In this document: positions 10,894 to 19,312 of the stretch, one piece after another
Numbering within the stretch: the stretch's first letter is position 1
Layout of the letters: each line of letters starts with the position of its first letter
NCBI GenBank assembly: GCA_012518765.1
Contig: JAAYRN010000179.1
Coordinates: 1-39,482, forward strand
DNA length: 39,482 nucleotides
Direction: 5' to 3'
Source of the DNA: Bacteroidales bacterium
GTDB taxonomy: Bacteria > Bacteroidota > Bacteroidia > Bacteroidales > WCHB1-69
Program-made: the position numbers and the translations under genes
Notes under the pieces: generated by a model
The model's database searches: none
The model's input: the letters and a program-made list of their open reading frames with translations, nothing else
What the model was told of the DNA's origin: nothing

Positions 10894-10902
10894 GGGGGGG
10901 GG
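10894..10902. repeat. G9 homopolymer tract in an intergenic region
   Basis: Nine consecutive G residues in an otherwise very AT-rich 573-bp intergenic region, ~140 nt upstream of the ATG at 10755. I saw no G or C run longer than 5 elsewhere in the window. Confidence 0.9.
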
Positions 10903-11072
10903 TGATAATCAGTTGATTACGTGAAATAAAACACTTTTTTGATTTGCAAAAACCTATGATAAGAAATACAAGCACAACACATTTACACAAACACCACAGC
11001 GGAGTTCCAGAAAAATGAGCAAGCAAAAAGTTGGCTACAATCATGATTATTTTTAATTAGAATTTGCAAATG

Positions 11073-11080
11073 CAAATATA
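11073..11080 (-). promoter_or_regulatory. candidate -7 box (TAtaTTTG, minus strand) for the 10755..9477 operon, next to palindrome ATTTGCAAAT (11062..11071)
   Basis: This is the only exact minus-strand TAnnTTTG I found between 10756 and 11370. It would give a ~310-nt leader containing the C9 (G9) tract. Confidence 0.3.
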
Positions 11081-11315
11081 CAGTATAAACACACATAAAA
11101 AATGATTTTTAGAAATATTTTTTTAAGAAATATCATATAAACATAATATTTCCACATAAGTTTATTTTATCTTCCACTTTTAGAGGTATTTACAGCTTGT
11201 GTTTTTTAGTTTAAAACAACTTGATATTTTTTATAATGAGGACATAGTGCATATTAACAAGCTATATAACTAACAATGTCTATAAAATATTTTTAAAGGA
11301 TATAAGTAATTTGTA

Positions 11316-11323
11316 TATCTTTG
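11316..11323 (+). promoter_or_regulatory. -7 box TAtcTTTG upstream of the transketolase C-subunit gene
   Basis: Exact TAnnTTTG match, 48 nt upstream of the ATG at 11371. Confidence 0.45.
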
Positions 11324-11370
11324 CATTATCAAAAAGAGCGTATATTTTTTGCATTAAAATAAAACTTATC

Positions 11371-12336
11371 ATGTTTAATATAAAAGAATTACAAAAATCA
11401 GACTTAAAAGAATGTAGAGCTGGCTTTGGCGAGGGGTTGGTAGAAGCGGCTAAAGAAAATGAAAATATAGTAGCCTTGTGTGCTGATTTAACTTCTTCTG
11501 TTAAAATGGATGCTTTTGCCAAGGAATTTCCCAAACGTTTTTTCCAAATAGGTATAGCTGAAGCCAATATGGTAGGAATGGCTGCTGGTTTTGCTTTGAG
11601 TGGTAAAGTTCCCTTTGTGGGTTCTTTTGCCAATTTTTGTACCACACGCGTACTCGACCAAATTCGCATGGTTGTAGCTTATTCAAACAATAATGTAAAA
11701 ATATGTGGTTCTCACGCGGGAGTTACAACAGGAGAAGATGGTGCTACTCATCAAGTTATGGAAGATATTGGCTTTATCAAAGCCCTACCCAATATGACTG
11801 TTATTAATCCTTGCGATTTTAACCAAACCAAAGCCGCCACGTTAGCCATAGCCAAACACCAAGGTCCTGTTTATTTACGTTTTGGAAGACCCAAAGTTCC
11901 TAATTTTACTCCTAAAAATCAAACATTTGAAATAGGAAAAGCTGTTATGTTGCAAGAAGGTACTGATGTAAGTATTTTTGCCACAGGACATTTAGTATAT
12001 CCCAGCTTAGAAGCTACTTATCTGTTGTCGCAACAAGGTGTTTCGGCAGAAGTAATTAATATTCACACTATTAAACCCTTAGACAACGAAGCAATTTTAA
12101 AATCAGTAAGTAAAACTAAATGTGTAGTTACAGCCGAAGAGCACCTACTCAACGGAGGATTAGGCGATAGTATAGCCCAACTATTAGCTCGTCAACTGCC
12201 AAGTCCTCAAGAATATGTGGCAGTAGATGACAAATTTGGAGTAAGTGGAAAACCCGATGAATTATTGGGTTATTTTGGATTAGACAAAGAACACATTGTA
12301 AAAGCTACTTTAAAAGCCATAGAACGAAAGAAGTAA
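11371..12336 (+). CDS. transketolase family protein, C-terminal (pyrimidine-binding + C-terminal domain) subunit of a split transketolase
   Basis: Start moved to the ATG at 11371 (MFNIKELQK). Motifs are FFQIGIAEANMVGMAAGFALSGKVPF and GEDGATHQ, with the ~320-aa size typical of the C-terminal subunit. Confidence 0.85.
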   Translation: MFNIKELQKSDLKECRAGFGEGLVEAAKENENIVALCADLTSSVKMDAFAKEFPKRFFQIGIAEANMVGMAAGFALSGKVPFVGSFANFCTTRVLDQIRMVVAYSNNNVKICGSHAGVTTGEDGATHQVMEDIGFIKALPNMTVINPCDFNQTKAATLAIAKHQGPVYLRFGRPKVPNFTPKNQTFEIGKAVMLQEGTDVSIFATGHLVYPSLEATYLLSQQGVSAEVINIHTIKPLDNEAILKSVSKTKCVVTAEEHLLNGGLGDSIAQLLARQLPSPQEYVAVDDKFGVSGKPDELLGYFGLDKEHIVKATLKAIERKK

Positions 12337-12416
12337 CAGCATAAACCTAAGCAAACAAGCATCTTATTTTTTATATGTTTCGTAAAAAAACAACGTTTAA
12401 AATAAAAAATCAGGAT

Positions 12417-12989
12417 ATGAAAAAAATAGGATTGTTTATCTTTTTTGTTTGTAGTTTTTCGTTTGTCAAAAGCCAATGTATCGATGCGATAATTACCACA
12501 TCGAACGACACTATTTATGGGCGATTGTTAGATTCTACAAATAAAATTTACACTTTCGATAGCTACAATCATGTGTTTGCTGTTCATCAAGATGCAGTAA
12601 AAGAATACATTCACTGCATTCGTCATACTACCGAAAAAGATATAATACGCTTCAAACAATTGGATAATCTGAGCGATAAAGATTTACTAAAAAATACGCC
12701 TGGGTTTTATTTGCGAAAATCAACTTCAAACTTTTATTTAGGTTCTTGTATGTTAGCGGGAGGATTAACAATAAACACTCTTGCTTTCACTTACTTTAAC
12801 GAAAATTATCCCAAATCGAAATACCCTCTTTTTGCCCTTGGTTCAGTAGCTACGGCAGGAGGCATATTTTTCTTATTGCGTAGCTTTTATTTTATCGATA
12901 AAGCGGGAAAACTAATGGACTTGGATAAATCAACCATTTATTTAGAACCCAACAAAGACGGTCATCTCAGTGTAAAATGGAAATTTTAA
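12417..12989 (+). CDS. hypothetical membrane protein
   Basis: I prefer the ATG at 12417 (MKKIGLFIFFVCSFSFVKSQ signal). Two C-terminal hydrophobic helices. No known domain. Confidence 0.55.
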   Translation: MKKIGLFIFFVCSFSFVKSQCIDAIITTSNDTIYGRLLDSTNKIYTFDSYNHVFAVHQDAVKEYIHCIRHTTEKDIIRFKQLDNLSDKDLLKNTPGFYLRKSTSNFYLGSCMLAGGLTINTLAFTYFNENYPKSKYPLFALGSVATAGGIFFLLRSFYFIDKAGKLMDLDKSTIYLEPNKDGHLSVKWKF

Positions 12990-12997
12990 AATAAATC

Positions 12998-13705
12998 ATG
13001 TTGCTTTTCTATGCCCCCGATATAACCTCCTCCGTTTATGCTCTTTCGAGCGAAGAATCAAGGCATTGTGTAAAATCCATGCGGCTAAAAAAAGGCGATA
13101 AAATCTACCTAACCGATGGCAGGGGCAACAGACACCAAGCCGTTATTGTAGACAATCACATCCAAAAATGTTTGGTCGAAATCAATCAAACCGTAAAAAT
13201 TGAAAATGAGTTTTCCTATCACATACACATGGCTGTAGCTCCTACAAAAAACACAGACCGATACGAATGGTTTGTTGAAAAAGCTACGGAAATAGGCATA
13301 TCGGAAATAACTCCCCTACTTTGCAATAATTCGGAAAAAACACGCATAAATACATCTCGCATAGAACGCATTCAAATAGCGGCTATGAAACAATCTTTAC
13401 GCTACGTTTTGCCCACCCTCAATCCCGAATCAAGCTACATTAATCTTATTGAAAATGCCAAAGAAACACAAAAATTTATCGCTTACTGCGGCAACACCCC
13501 ACAATCCACTCCCCTACTTCAACATGTATGTAAAAAAAACACAGATACACTCATTCTCATAGGACCTGAAGGCGATTTCACTCCCGAAGAAGTTACAACA
13601 GCAATACAACAAGGATTTACACCTATTAGCTTGGGTAAAAGCCGACTACGCACCGAAACAGCTGCTGTAGTTGCCTGCCATACCCTACACGTAGTTAATC
13701 AATAA
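12998..13705 (+). CDS. rsmE: 16S rRNA (uracil1498-N3)-methyltransferase RsmE
   Basis: 235 aa. N-terminal PUA-like region (HCVKSMRLKKGD) and a C-terminal SPOUT motif LIGPEGDFTPEE...LG..RLRTETA. Confidence 0.85.
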   Translation: MLLFYAPDITSSVYALSSEESRHCVKSMRLKKGDKIYLTDGRGNRHQAVIVDNHIQKCLVEINQTVKIENEFSYHIHMAVAPTKNTDRYEWFVEKATEIGISEITPLLCNNSEKTRINTSRIERIQIAAMKQSLRYVLPTLNPESSYINLIENAKETQKFIAYCGNTPQSTPLLQHVCKKNTDTLILIGPEGDFTPEEVTTAIQQGFTPISLGKSRLRTETAAVVACHTLHVVNQ

Positions 13706-13779
13706 TCCACACCTCCGACTACAATCAATATAGACACATTTATATGCTAACTACACAAAAATAACATTGTTTTTTTTTG

Positions 13780-13787
13780 TATCTTTG
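13780..13787 (+). promoter_or_regulatory. -7 box TAtcTTTG upstream of ppdK
   Basis: Exact match, ~60 nt upstream of the ATG at 13848. Confidence 0.45.
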
Positions 13788-13847
13788 CATGCTTTGAAAA
13801 AATTAGCATTTAATTAAATAATTATCTATAAATTAACACTATTGAAA

Positions 13848-16562
13848 ATGAATAAAGTAAAGTATGTTTATACATTCGGAGGAAAAACTGCCGAAGGTAA
13901 AGCTGACATGAAAAATCTTTTAGGCGGTAAAGGTGCCAACTTAGCTGAAATGTGTCTATTAGGACTACCTGTACCCGCTGGATTAACTATTACAACCGAA
14001 ACCTGTACAGCCTACTACGAAAACAGCTGCCAACTACCCAAAGGGCTAATGGAAGAAGTATGGAAAGGAATGGAAAGTGTAGAAAAAAATATGGGTTTAA
14101 AATATGACGATGCCGAAAATCCACTGTTATTATCCTGTCGTTCAGGAGCCAGAAGCTCAATGCCAGGAATGATGGACACAGTGTTAAATATAGGATTAAG
14201 TTCAAAAACAATTCCCGGATTGATCAAGAAAACCAATAATCCACGCTTTGTATACGACTCATACCGCCGTTTGATTATGATGTATGCCGATGTGGTTATG
14301 GAAAAAGCAGAAGGAATTGAACCCAGTGACGGAATAGGAATCCGAAAAGTATTAGACGACATGTTTGATGAGTTTAAAAGCTCAAAAAACTACACCTCCG
14401 ATACAGATGTAACCGCAGAAGAATTATTGCAATTATCAAATGCTTTCAAAATAAAAGTAAAAGAAGTATTAGGTTCTGAGTTTCCAGACGATGCAAAAGT
14501 TCAATTAGAAGGAAGTATCAAAGCCGTATTTAAAAGCTGGAACGGGAAAAAAGCCATTTCATACAGACGCATTGAAGGTATTCCAGACGACTGGGGAACA
14601 GCCGTAAACGTTCAAGCAATGGTATTTGGAAATATGGGAAGTAGCTCGGCTACAGGTGTTGCTTTTACACGTAATCCCGCTACCGGCGAAAACCAATTCT
14701 ACGGAGAATGGTTGGTTAACGCCCAAGGCGAAGACGTTGTAGCAGGAACACGCACCCCCAATCCTCTAAACGATGATACCAAAAACGAACAAAACAAACA
14801 CTTGCCATCCATGCAAGAACTGATGCCCAAAACCTATAAAGAACTTTACGACATCAGAATCATCTTAGAAGAAAATTATAAAGACATGTTGGACATAGAG
14901 TTTACTATTCAAGAAGACAAACTCTATATGCTACAATGTCGTGTAGGAAAACGTACCGGTGTAGCCGCTCTCAACATTGCTTTAGACATGCTACACGAAA
15001 AATTAATTAGCGAAAAAGAAGCTGTAATGCGTCTAACCCCTAACCAATTAGATGAATTACTACATCCTATTTTGGATGCGAACGAAGAAGCTAAACACAC
15101 CATCATAGGTAAAGGTTTACCAGCAGGACCTGGCGGAGCCGTAGGAGTAATTGCTCTGACAAGCGAAAAAGCTATGGAATATGGTAAACAAGGTATTAAA
15201 AATATTTTGGTACGCGAAGAAACCAATCCCGAAGACGTAGAAGGTATGCGCGCAGCCGAAGGAATTTTAACCGCAAGAGGTGGAATGACTTCCCATGCTG
15301 CTTTAGTAGCCCGCGGATGGGGAAAATGCTGTGTTGTAGGTTGTGAAACCATTAAAATTGATTTAGACAAAAAACAAATCAACATAGATGGAAAAATATT
15401 TAACGAAGGTGATACCATTAGCCTAAACGGATCAAGAGGATGGGTATACGAAGGTGCAATTAAAATGATTGAATCTACCGAAAATCCTCGATTCAAGGAA
15501 TTTATGGATATTGTAGAAAAATACAGAACCATGGGCGTACGTGCCAATGCCGACACACCCGAAGACGCATTGAACGCTATAAACTTTGGTGCCGAAGGAA
15601 TTGGATTATTCCGTATCGAACACATGTTTTACGGAAAAGAAAGCGAAGCTCCTTTAGCGAAACTACGTAAAACCATTTTAGCTGACAACACAAACGACCG
15701 AGTAGCCGCTTTGAGCGAATTAGAGCCCTACATACGAGAAACAGCTAAAGGAACATTGAAAGTAATGGAAAACAGACCCGTTACATTCCGTCTAATTGAC
15801 CCACCCTTACACGAGTTTGTACCTCAAACCGAAGACAGACAACGTGAATTGGCACAAGAAGTAGGCTTATCGTTCGAGGAGTTAAAAAGACGCATAGACG
15901 ACTTACACGAAGTAAACCCCATGATGGGTTTAAGAGGCGTACGCGTAGGTGTTGTTTATCCCGAAATTACAGAAACACAATTCCGTGCATTGTTCCAAGC
16001 TACTGCCGAACTTATGAAAGAAGGACTAAAACCACAATTAGAAATTATGGTTCCCCTTACTGTTTCAGAAACTGAATTGTATCACCAAAAAAGAATAGCC
16101 GATAAAGTAAAAGAAGAAATTGAAATTAGATTTGATGTGAAAATAGACTATCTGTACGGAACCATGATAGAAACTCCCCGTGCAACCTTAGTCGCCGAGA
16201 AAATAGCCCGTACAGCTGATTTCTTCTCATTTGGAACTAACGACTTGACACAAATGGCATTTGGTTTCTCACGCGACGATGTAAACTCAATCATAAACAC
16301 CTATACCGAAGAAGGTATTATCCCAGCCGACCCCTTCAATACATTAGACCAAGAAGGAGTAGGAGAATTAATAAAATTTGGTGTAGAACGTGGACGTAGC
16401 GAAAAAGAAAAACTAAAAATTGGTGTGTGTGGAGAACACGGTGGCGACCCCGCTTCTGTTGAATTTTTCTTTAACACCAACTTTGACTACGTGTCTTGCT
16501 CACCTTTCCGCATACCTGTAGCACGATTGGCTGCCGCTCAAGCAGAAATTAAAAAGAAATAA
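13848..16562 (+). CDS. ppdK: pyruvate, phosphate dikinase
   Basis: ~904 aa from the ATG at 13848; the track's 13842 start is a TTG. Contains the phosphohistidine loop GGMTSHAALVARGWGK and the PEP-utilising C-terminal motifs FFSFGTNDLTQM and CGEHGGDP. Confidence 0.95.
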   Translation: MNKVKYVYTFGGKTAEGKADMKNLLGGKGANLAEMCLLGLPVPAGLTITTETCTAYYENSCQLPKGLMEEVWKGMESVEKNMGLKYDDAENPLLLSCRSGARSSMPGMMDTVLNIGLSSKTIPGLIKKTNNPRFVYDSYRRLIMMYADVVMEKAEGIEPSDGIGIRKVLDDMFDEFKSSKNYTSDTDVTAEELLQLSNAFKIKVKEVLGSEFPDDAKVQLEGSIKAVFKSWNGKKAISYRRIEGIPDDWGTAVNVQAMVFGNMGSSSATGVAFTRNPATGENQFYGEWLVNAQGEDVVAGTRTPNPLNDDTKNEQNKHLPSMQELMPKTYKELYDIRIILEENYKDMLDIEFTIQEDKLYMLQCRVGKRTGVAALNIALDMLHEKLISEKEAVMRLTPNQLDELLHPILDANEEAKHTIIGKGLPAGPGGAVGVIALTSEKAMEYGKQGIKNILVREETNPEDVEGMRAAEGILTARGGMTSHAALVARGWGKCCVVGCETIKIDLDKKQINIDGKIFNEGDTISLNGSRGWVYEGAIKMIESTENPRFKEFMDIVEKYRTMGVRANADTPEDALNAINFGAEGIGLFRIEHMFYGKESEAPLAKLRKTILADNTNDRVAALSELEPYIRETAKGTLKVMENRPVTFRLIDPPLHEFVPQTEDRQRELAQEVGLSFEELKRRIDDLHEVNPMMGLRGVRVGVVYPEITETQFRALFQATAELMKEGLKPQLEIMVPLTVSETELYHQKRIADKVKEEIEIRFDVKIDYLYGTMIETPRATLVAEKIARTADFFSFGTNDLTQMAFGFSRDDVNSIINTYTEEGIIPADPFNTLDQEGVGELIKFGVERGRSEKEKLKIGVCGEHGGDPASVEFFFNTNFDYVSCSPFRIPVARLAAAQAEIKKK

Positions 16563-16587
16563 ATACACACGTATTAATATACCAAAA

Positions 16588-16622
16588 GGAGAATATGTTT
16601 TATACATATTCTCCTTTTTTTT
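16588..16622 (+). terminator. rho-independent terminator after ppdK
   Basis: 11-bp perfect stem GGAGAATATGT (16588-16598) pairs with ACATATTCTCC (16604-16614). The loop is 5 nt and a T8 run follows. Confidence 0.85.
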
Positions 16623-16702
16623 ATATCTATTTTAAACCCAGATTACTCATTTTTATTTTAATGATTTTTTTGTTTTTATCAGATAATAATAAAAAAAAGA
16701 TA

Positions 16703-16710
16703 TATCTTTG
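16703..16710 (+). promoter_or_regulatory. -7 box TAtcTTTG upstream of the two-lipoprotein operon
   Basis: Exact match, ~140 nt upstream of the ATG at 16852. Confidence 0.4.
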
Positions 16711-16851
16711 CAAAAAACAAATCCTCATAAAATGGGGCAAAGTCAACTTTATTTAGGTGGATTAATGATGCTTTGTGAAAGGTATAAATAAGTTGGTGGT
16801 CATTTTTCAGAAGACCAAAGACTTGAAGAGCTTAATAACATAAAAAGAGAA

Positions 16852-17517
16852 ATGATGAAAAATTTAATCTGGATTTTAATGGCTTTTACATTGCTCTTTG
16901 CAAGTTGTAAAAAAAAAGAAAGTTGTGAATTTGTTAATTTTAAGTATTATAATGGAACACAATATGACTTAGGAACACTTCAAAACAACTACATTTTAAT
17001 TGGTGTTGACACAATCTATAGCGACAATCAAATTCGAAATTTTATTTCAACAATAAATTATTTTGATCAAAACTACACTTATACAATTCATACTATGGGA
17101 CTATACAAATTCAAAGAAGTTCCACTACGACTTAATTCTTCTAAAACCTGTGAACAAATTACACAAATAATTTCAGAATTAGAACAAAACAAAATTGTCG
17201 CTTATGCTCATTACACAATGCAAACGAACGACTGTCAAAATGCAATCTGGGAAGAAATGGGCAATTTATGTATAAATAGTTACGGGAGCAGTTTTTATGT
17301 AAAAGTATTTGATGAGAGCAACTTAACTGATTTAAATCAAAAAATAACAGAAACAAATATTGAATTAGTAAATCAAAATGAATTTATGCCAAAATGGTTT
17401 GAATTGAGAGCCACAAAAAACTCTAACGGAGATGCGTTGAAAATGGCAAATTATTTTTATGAGTCTGGACTTTTTGAATATAGTGAACCCGGAATTTCTA
17501 AATACCCTGTGGAATGA
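16852..17517 (+). CDS. hypothetical lipoprotein with two propeptide (I9)-like repeats
   Basis: Lipobox LLFASC. The C-terminal half ends ...ALKMANYFYESGLFEYSEPG, resembling the end of subtilase N-terminal propeptide/inhibitor domains. The first half ends similarly (IVAYAHYTM). Confidence 0.6.
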   Translation: MMKNLIWILMAFTLLFASCKKKESCEFVNFKYYNGTQYDLGTLQNNYILIGVDTIYSDNQIRNFISTINYFDQNYTYTIHTMGLYKFKEVPLRLNSSKTCEQITQIISELEQNKIVAYAHYTMQTNDCQNAIWEEMGNLCINSYGSSFYVKVFDESNLTDLNQKITETNIELVNQNEFMPKWFELRATKNSNGDALKMANYFYESGLFEYSEPGISKYPVE

Positions 17518-18713
17518 AAAATTTTATTTTAGTCGTATCTTTAGCAGCGATTCTTTTTTCATCGTGTAAAGATGAAAAAGTAATAAAAGTCAAAAAAACA
17601 GAAATTAATGGAGTAGTGCAAAAAGGTCCTTTTTTAAATGGAACATCGATTGGAATATATGAATTGAATGATGACTATTTTCCGACTGGTAAAGTATATT
17701 CATCACAGATTGTAGATAATAGTGGTACATTTCAATTAAAGAATGTTTCACTTGTTTCTCAATATGTTCAATTAAAAGCTGATGGTTACTATTATAATGA
17801 AATTACTGGTCAGAATTCAAATTCCCCAATTACCTTATATGCTCTGTCAGATATAAAAAACAAGGCTTCAGTGAATGTTAATATCTTATCAAATTTAGAA
17901 AAAAGTAGGATTGAATATTTACTTTCGACAGGTCTTTCGTTTGCAGCTGCAAAGAAACAAGCCAAACAAGAAATTCTCAATATATTTTCAATATCAAAAG
18001 CAGATATTTCTGATTTTGAATTATTAAGTATATCAGAGGACGGGGAAGACAATGCAATTTTATTAGCAGTTTCGCTTATTGTGCAAGGTTATAGGACAGA
18101 ATCAGAATTAAGCGAATTACTTGCAAATATTAGCACAGATATAAGACAAGACGGGAAGTTGAATAGCTCTTCATTAGGTAGTCTTTTAATAAACGATGCC
18201 CGTTTATTAAATTTACCACAAATAAGGAATAATATAGAGACTCGATATGCAAATCTTGGAATGACAGTAAGCATTCCAAATTTTGAAAAACATATACAAA
18301 CATTTATAGATAACACAACTTATCAATTTTCAAAAAACATTGATTATCCAGAATTTAGTACCTATGGAGAAAATATTTTATATGGCGAAAAAACAAGTTT
18401 TAGTGATGATTGGAGTTCTGATTGGAATTTGAGTTTAGCTGCTAATCTGCCAAAAGGGGCATCATTGAAAATAATTATAAAGGGAGGTCTTTGGAGTTAT
18501 GAAGCATTACCAAATAAACCTGTTAATTGGACGATTAGTGAATATGATTTTAATTTACAACAACAGACATTTACAGCAACAGAATCAGGCAAAAATTGTG
18601 ATTTAATTATTTCCTTTGAAGAATCAGGTACATATACGATTGAGTATTACGAGAATAATTCGACTATTCCAACAAGAACAAAAACTATAAATATTGACGT
18701 CAAATATCATTAA
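17514..18713 (+). CDS. hypothetical lipoprotein
   Basis: Lipobox ILFSSC. 399 aa. The ATGA start/stop overlap with the upstream gene suggests an operon. The N-terminal segment GVVQKGPFLNGTSIGIYEL may be a carboxypeptidase-regulatory-like beta-sandwich. Confidence 0.6.
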   Translation: MKNFILVVSLAAILFSSCKDEKVIKVKKTEINGVVQKGPFLNGTSIGIYELNDDYFPTGKVYSSQIVDNSGTFQLKNVSLVSQYVQLKADGYYYNEITGQNSNSPITLYALSDIKNKASVNVNILSNLEKSRIEYLLSTGLSFAAAKKQAKQEILNIFSISKADISDFELLSISEDGEDNAILLAVSLIVQGYRTESELSELLANISTDIRQDGKLNSSSLGSLLINDARLLNLPQIRNNIETRYANLGMTVSIPNFEKHIQTFIDNTTYQFSKNIDYPEFSTYGENILYGEKTSFSDDWSSDWNLSLAANLPKGASLKIIIKGGLWSYEALPNKPVNWTISEYDFNLQQQTFTATESGKNCDLIISFEESGTYTIEYYENNSTIPTRTKTINIDVKYH

Positions 18714-18786
18714 TATTATATAGTAAGTGAAGTTGATATTATCAATGAATTTACATGAATTTAAAACTCAAATACGTAATCTGAGT

Positions 18787-19308
18787 TTAATACAATTCTT
18801 TTATTTCCTTACTCAGTAGCTCCAAAGCTACATCGGAGGGTTGGGGATTTATATCTGCATTTAGTTCTATAATCTTAGAAGCAAGGTCTTTTGCTGTTGC
18901 TTCTGCGGTTAATTGTCCTGCGGCTAAATTGATAATTTTAATGGTTTCTTCTTTGGCTTTTTTGGTAACTTCCCACAATGCCGTTGAAATGTAAACTTGC
19001 TGAGAAAGGTTGTGTTCAAACTCGCTACGAATGGATGATACTAATACCGTTTGGTATTGTAAAGCATTCATATTGTGTGAAATATTTCGTATAATAATGC
19101 TTTCGGGTTTAATACGTTCTAAAAATAACGCCAAACGCTCGTAAGCCTGTAAACGTATGGGAGTGATTACTTTTTTAGAGTCATGTTTTAAATCTAAAAC
19201 TTTCTTTTTTAGCTCTTTATCATAGGTTAATTTGATAGCATAATAAGCCGTAAGAGCCACGACAGCGGGAGGAATAATAACCAATAAAATATTTACTACT
19301 AAGTTCAT
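18787..19308 (-). CDS. hypothetical protein with an N-terminal membrane anchor
   Basis: 173 aa. A single N-terminal TM helix (NILLVIIPPAVVALTAYYAI) is followed by a helical soluble domain. Starts 4 nt after the porQ-like stop. Confidence 0.6.
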   Translation of the reverse strand: MNLVVNILLVIIPPAVVALTAYYAIKLTYDKELKKKVLDLKHDSKKVITPIRLQAYERLALFLERIKPESIIIRNISHNMNALQYQTVLVSSIRSEFEHNLSQQVYISTALWEVTKKAKEETIKIINLAAGQLTAEATAKDLASKIIELNADINPQPSDVALELLSKEIKELY

Positions 19309-19312
19309 GAGT

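Noticed and set aside
11280-11669. A 129-aa minus-strand ORF, and the long 11311 start for the transketolase gene.
   Set aside because: The minus-strand ORF is antisense to the transketolase gene. The 11311 extension (MYIFALSKRAYIFCIKIKLI) covers the -7 promoter box and does not look like protein; the ATG at 11371 gives a native-looking N-terminus.
13842-13847. Alternative upstream non-ATG or extended starts from the ORF track: TTG 13842 for ppdK, GTG 10797, and the long starts at 10166 and 12375.
   Set aside because: The nearby internal ATGs give canonical N-termini, meaning signal peptides or lipoboxes, or the conserved ppdK start MNKVKYVY. They also fit the promoter positions and translational-coupling geometry.
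14924-15625. A 233-aa minus-strand ORF, together with 14015..14362 and 13990..14211, lying inside ppdK.
   Set aside because: These are antisense shadow ORFs of a strongly supported conserved gene. They have low-complexity Ser/Pro/Ile-rich translations and no motifs.
16732-16791. A 19-codon ORF (MGQSQLYLGGLMMLCERYK) just downstream of the 16703 -7 box, considered as a possible leader peptide.
   Set aside because: No supporting signal is visible from sequence alone, such as conservation, an attenuator structure or codon runs. Short ORFs of this size are common by chance.
18764-18788. A 7-bp AT-rich hairpin AAACTCA/TGAGTTT between convergent genes, considered as a bidirectional terminator.
   Set aside because: The stem is short and weak, the loop is 11 nt, neither side has a proper U-tract, and the hairpin overlaps the stop codon of 18787..19308.
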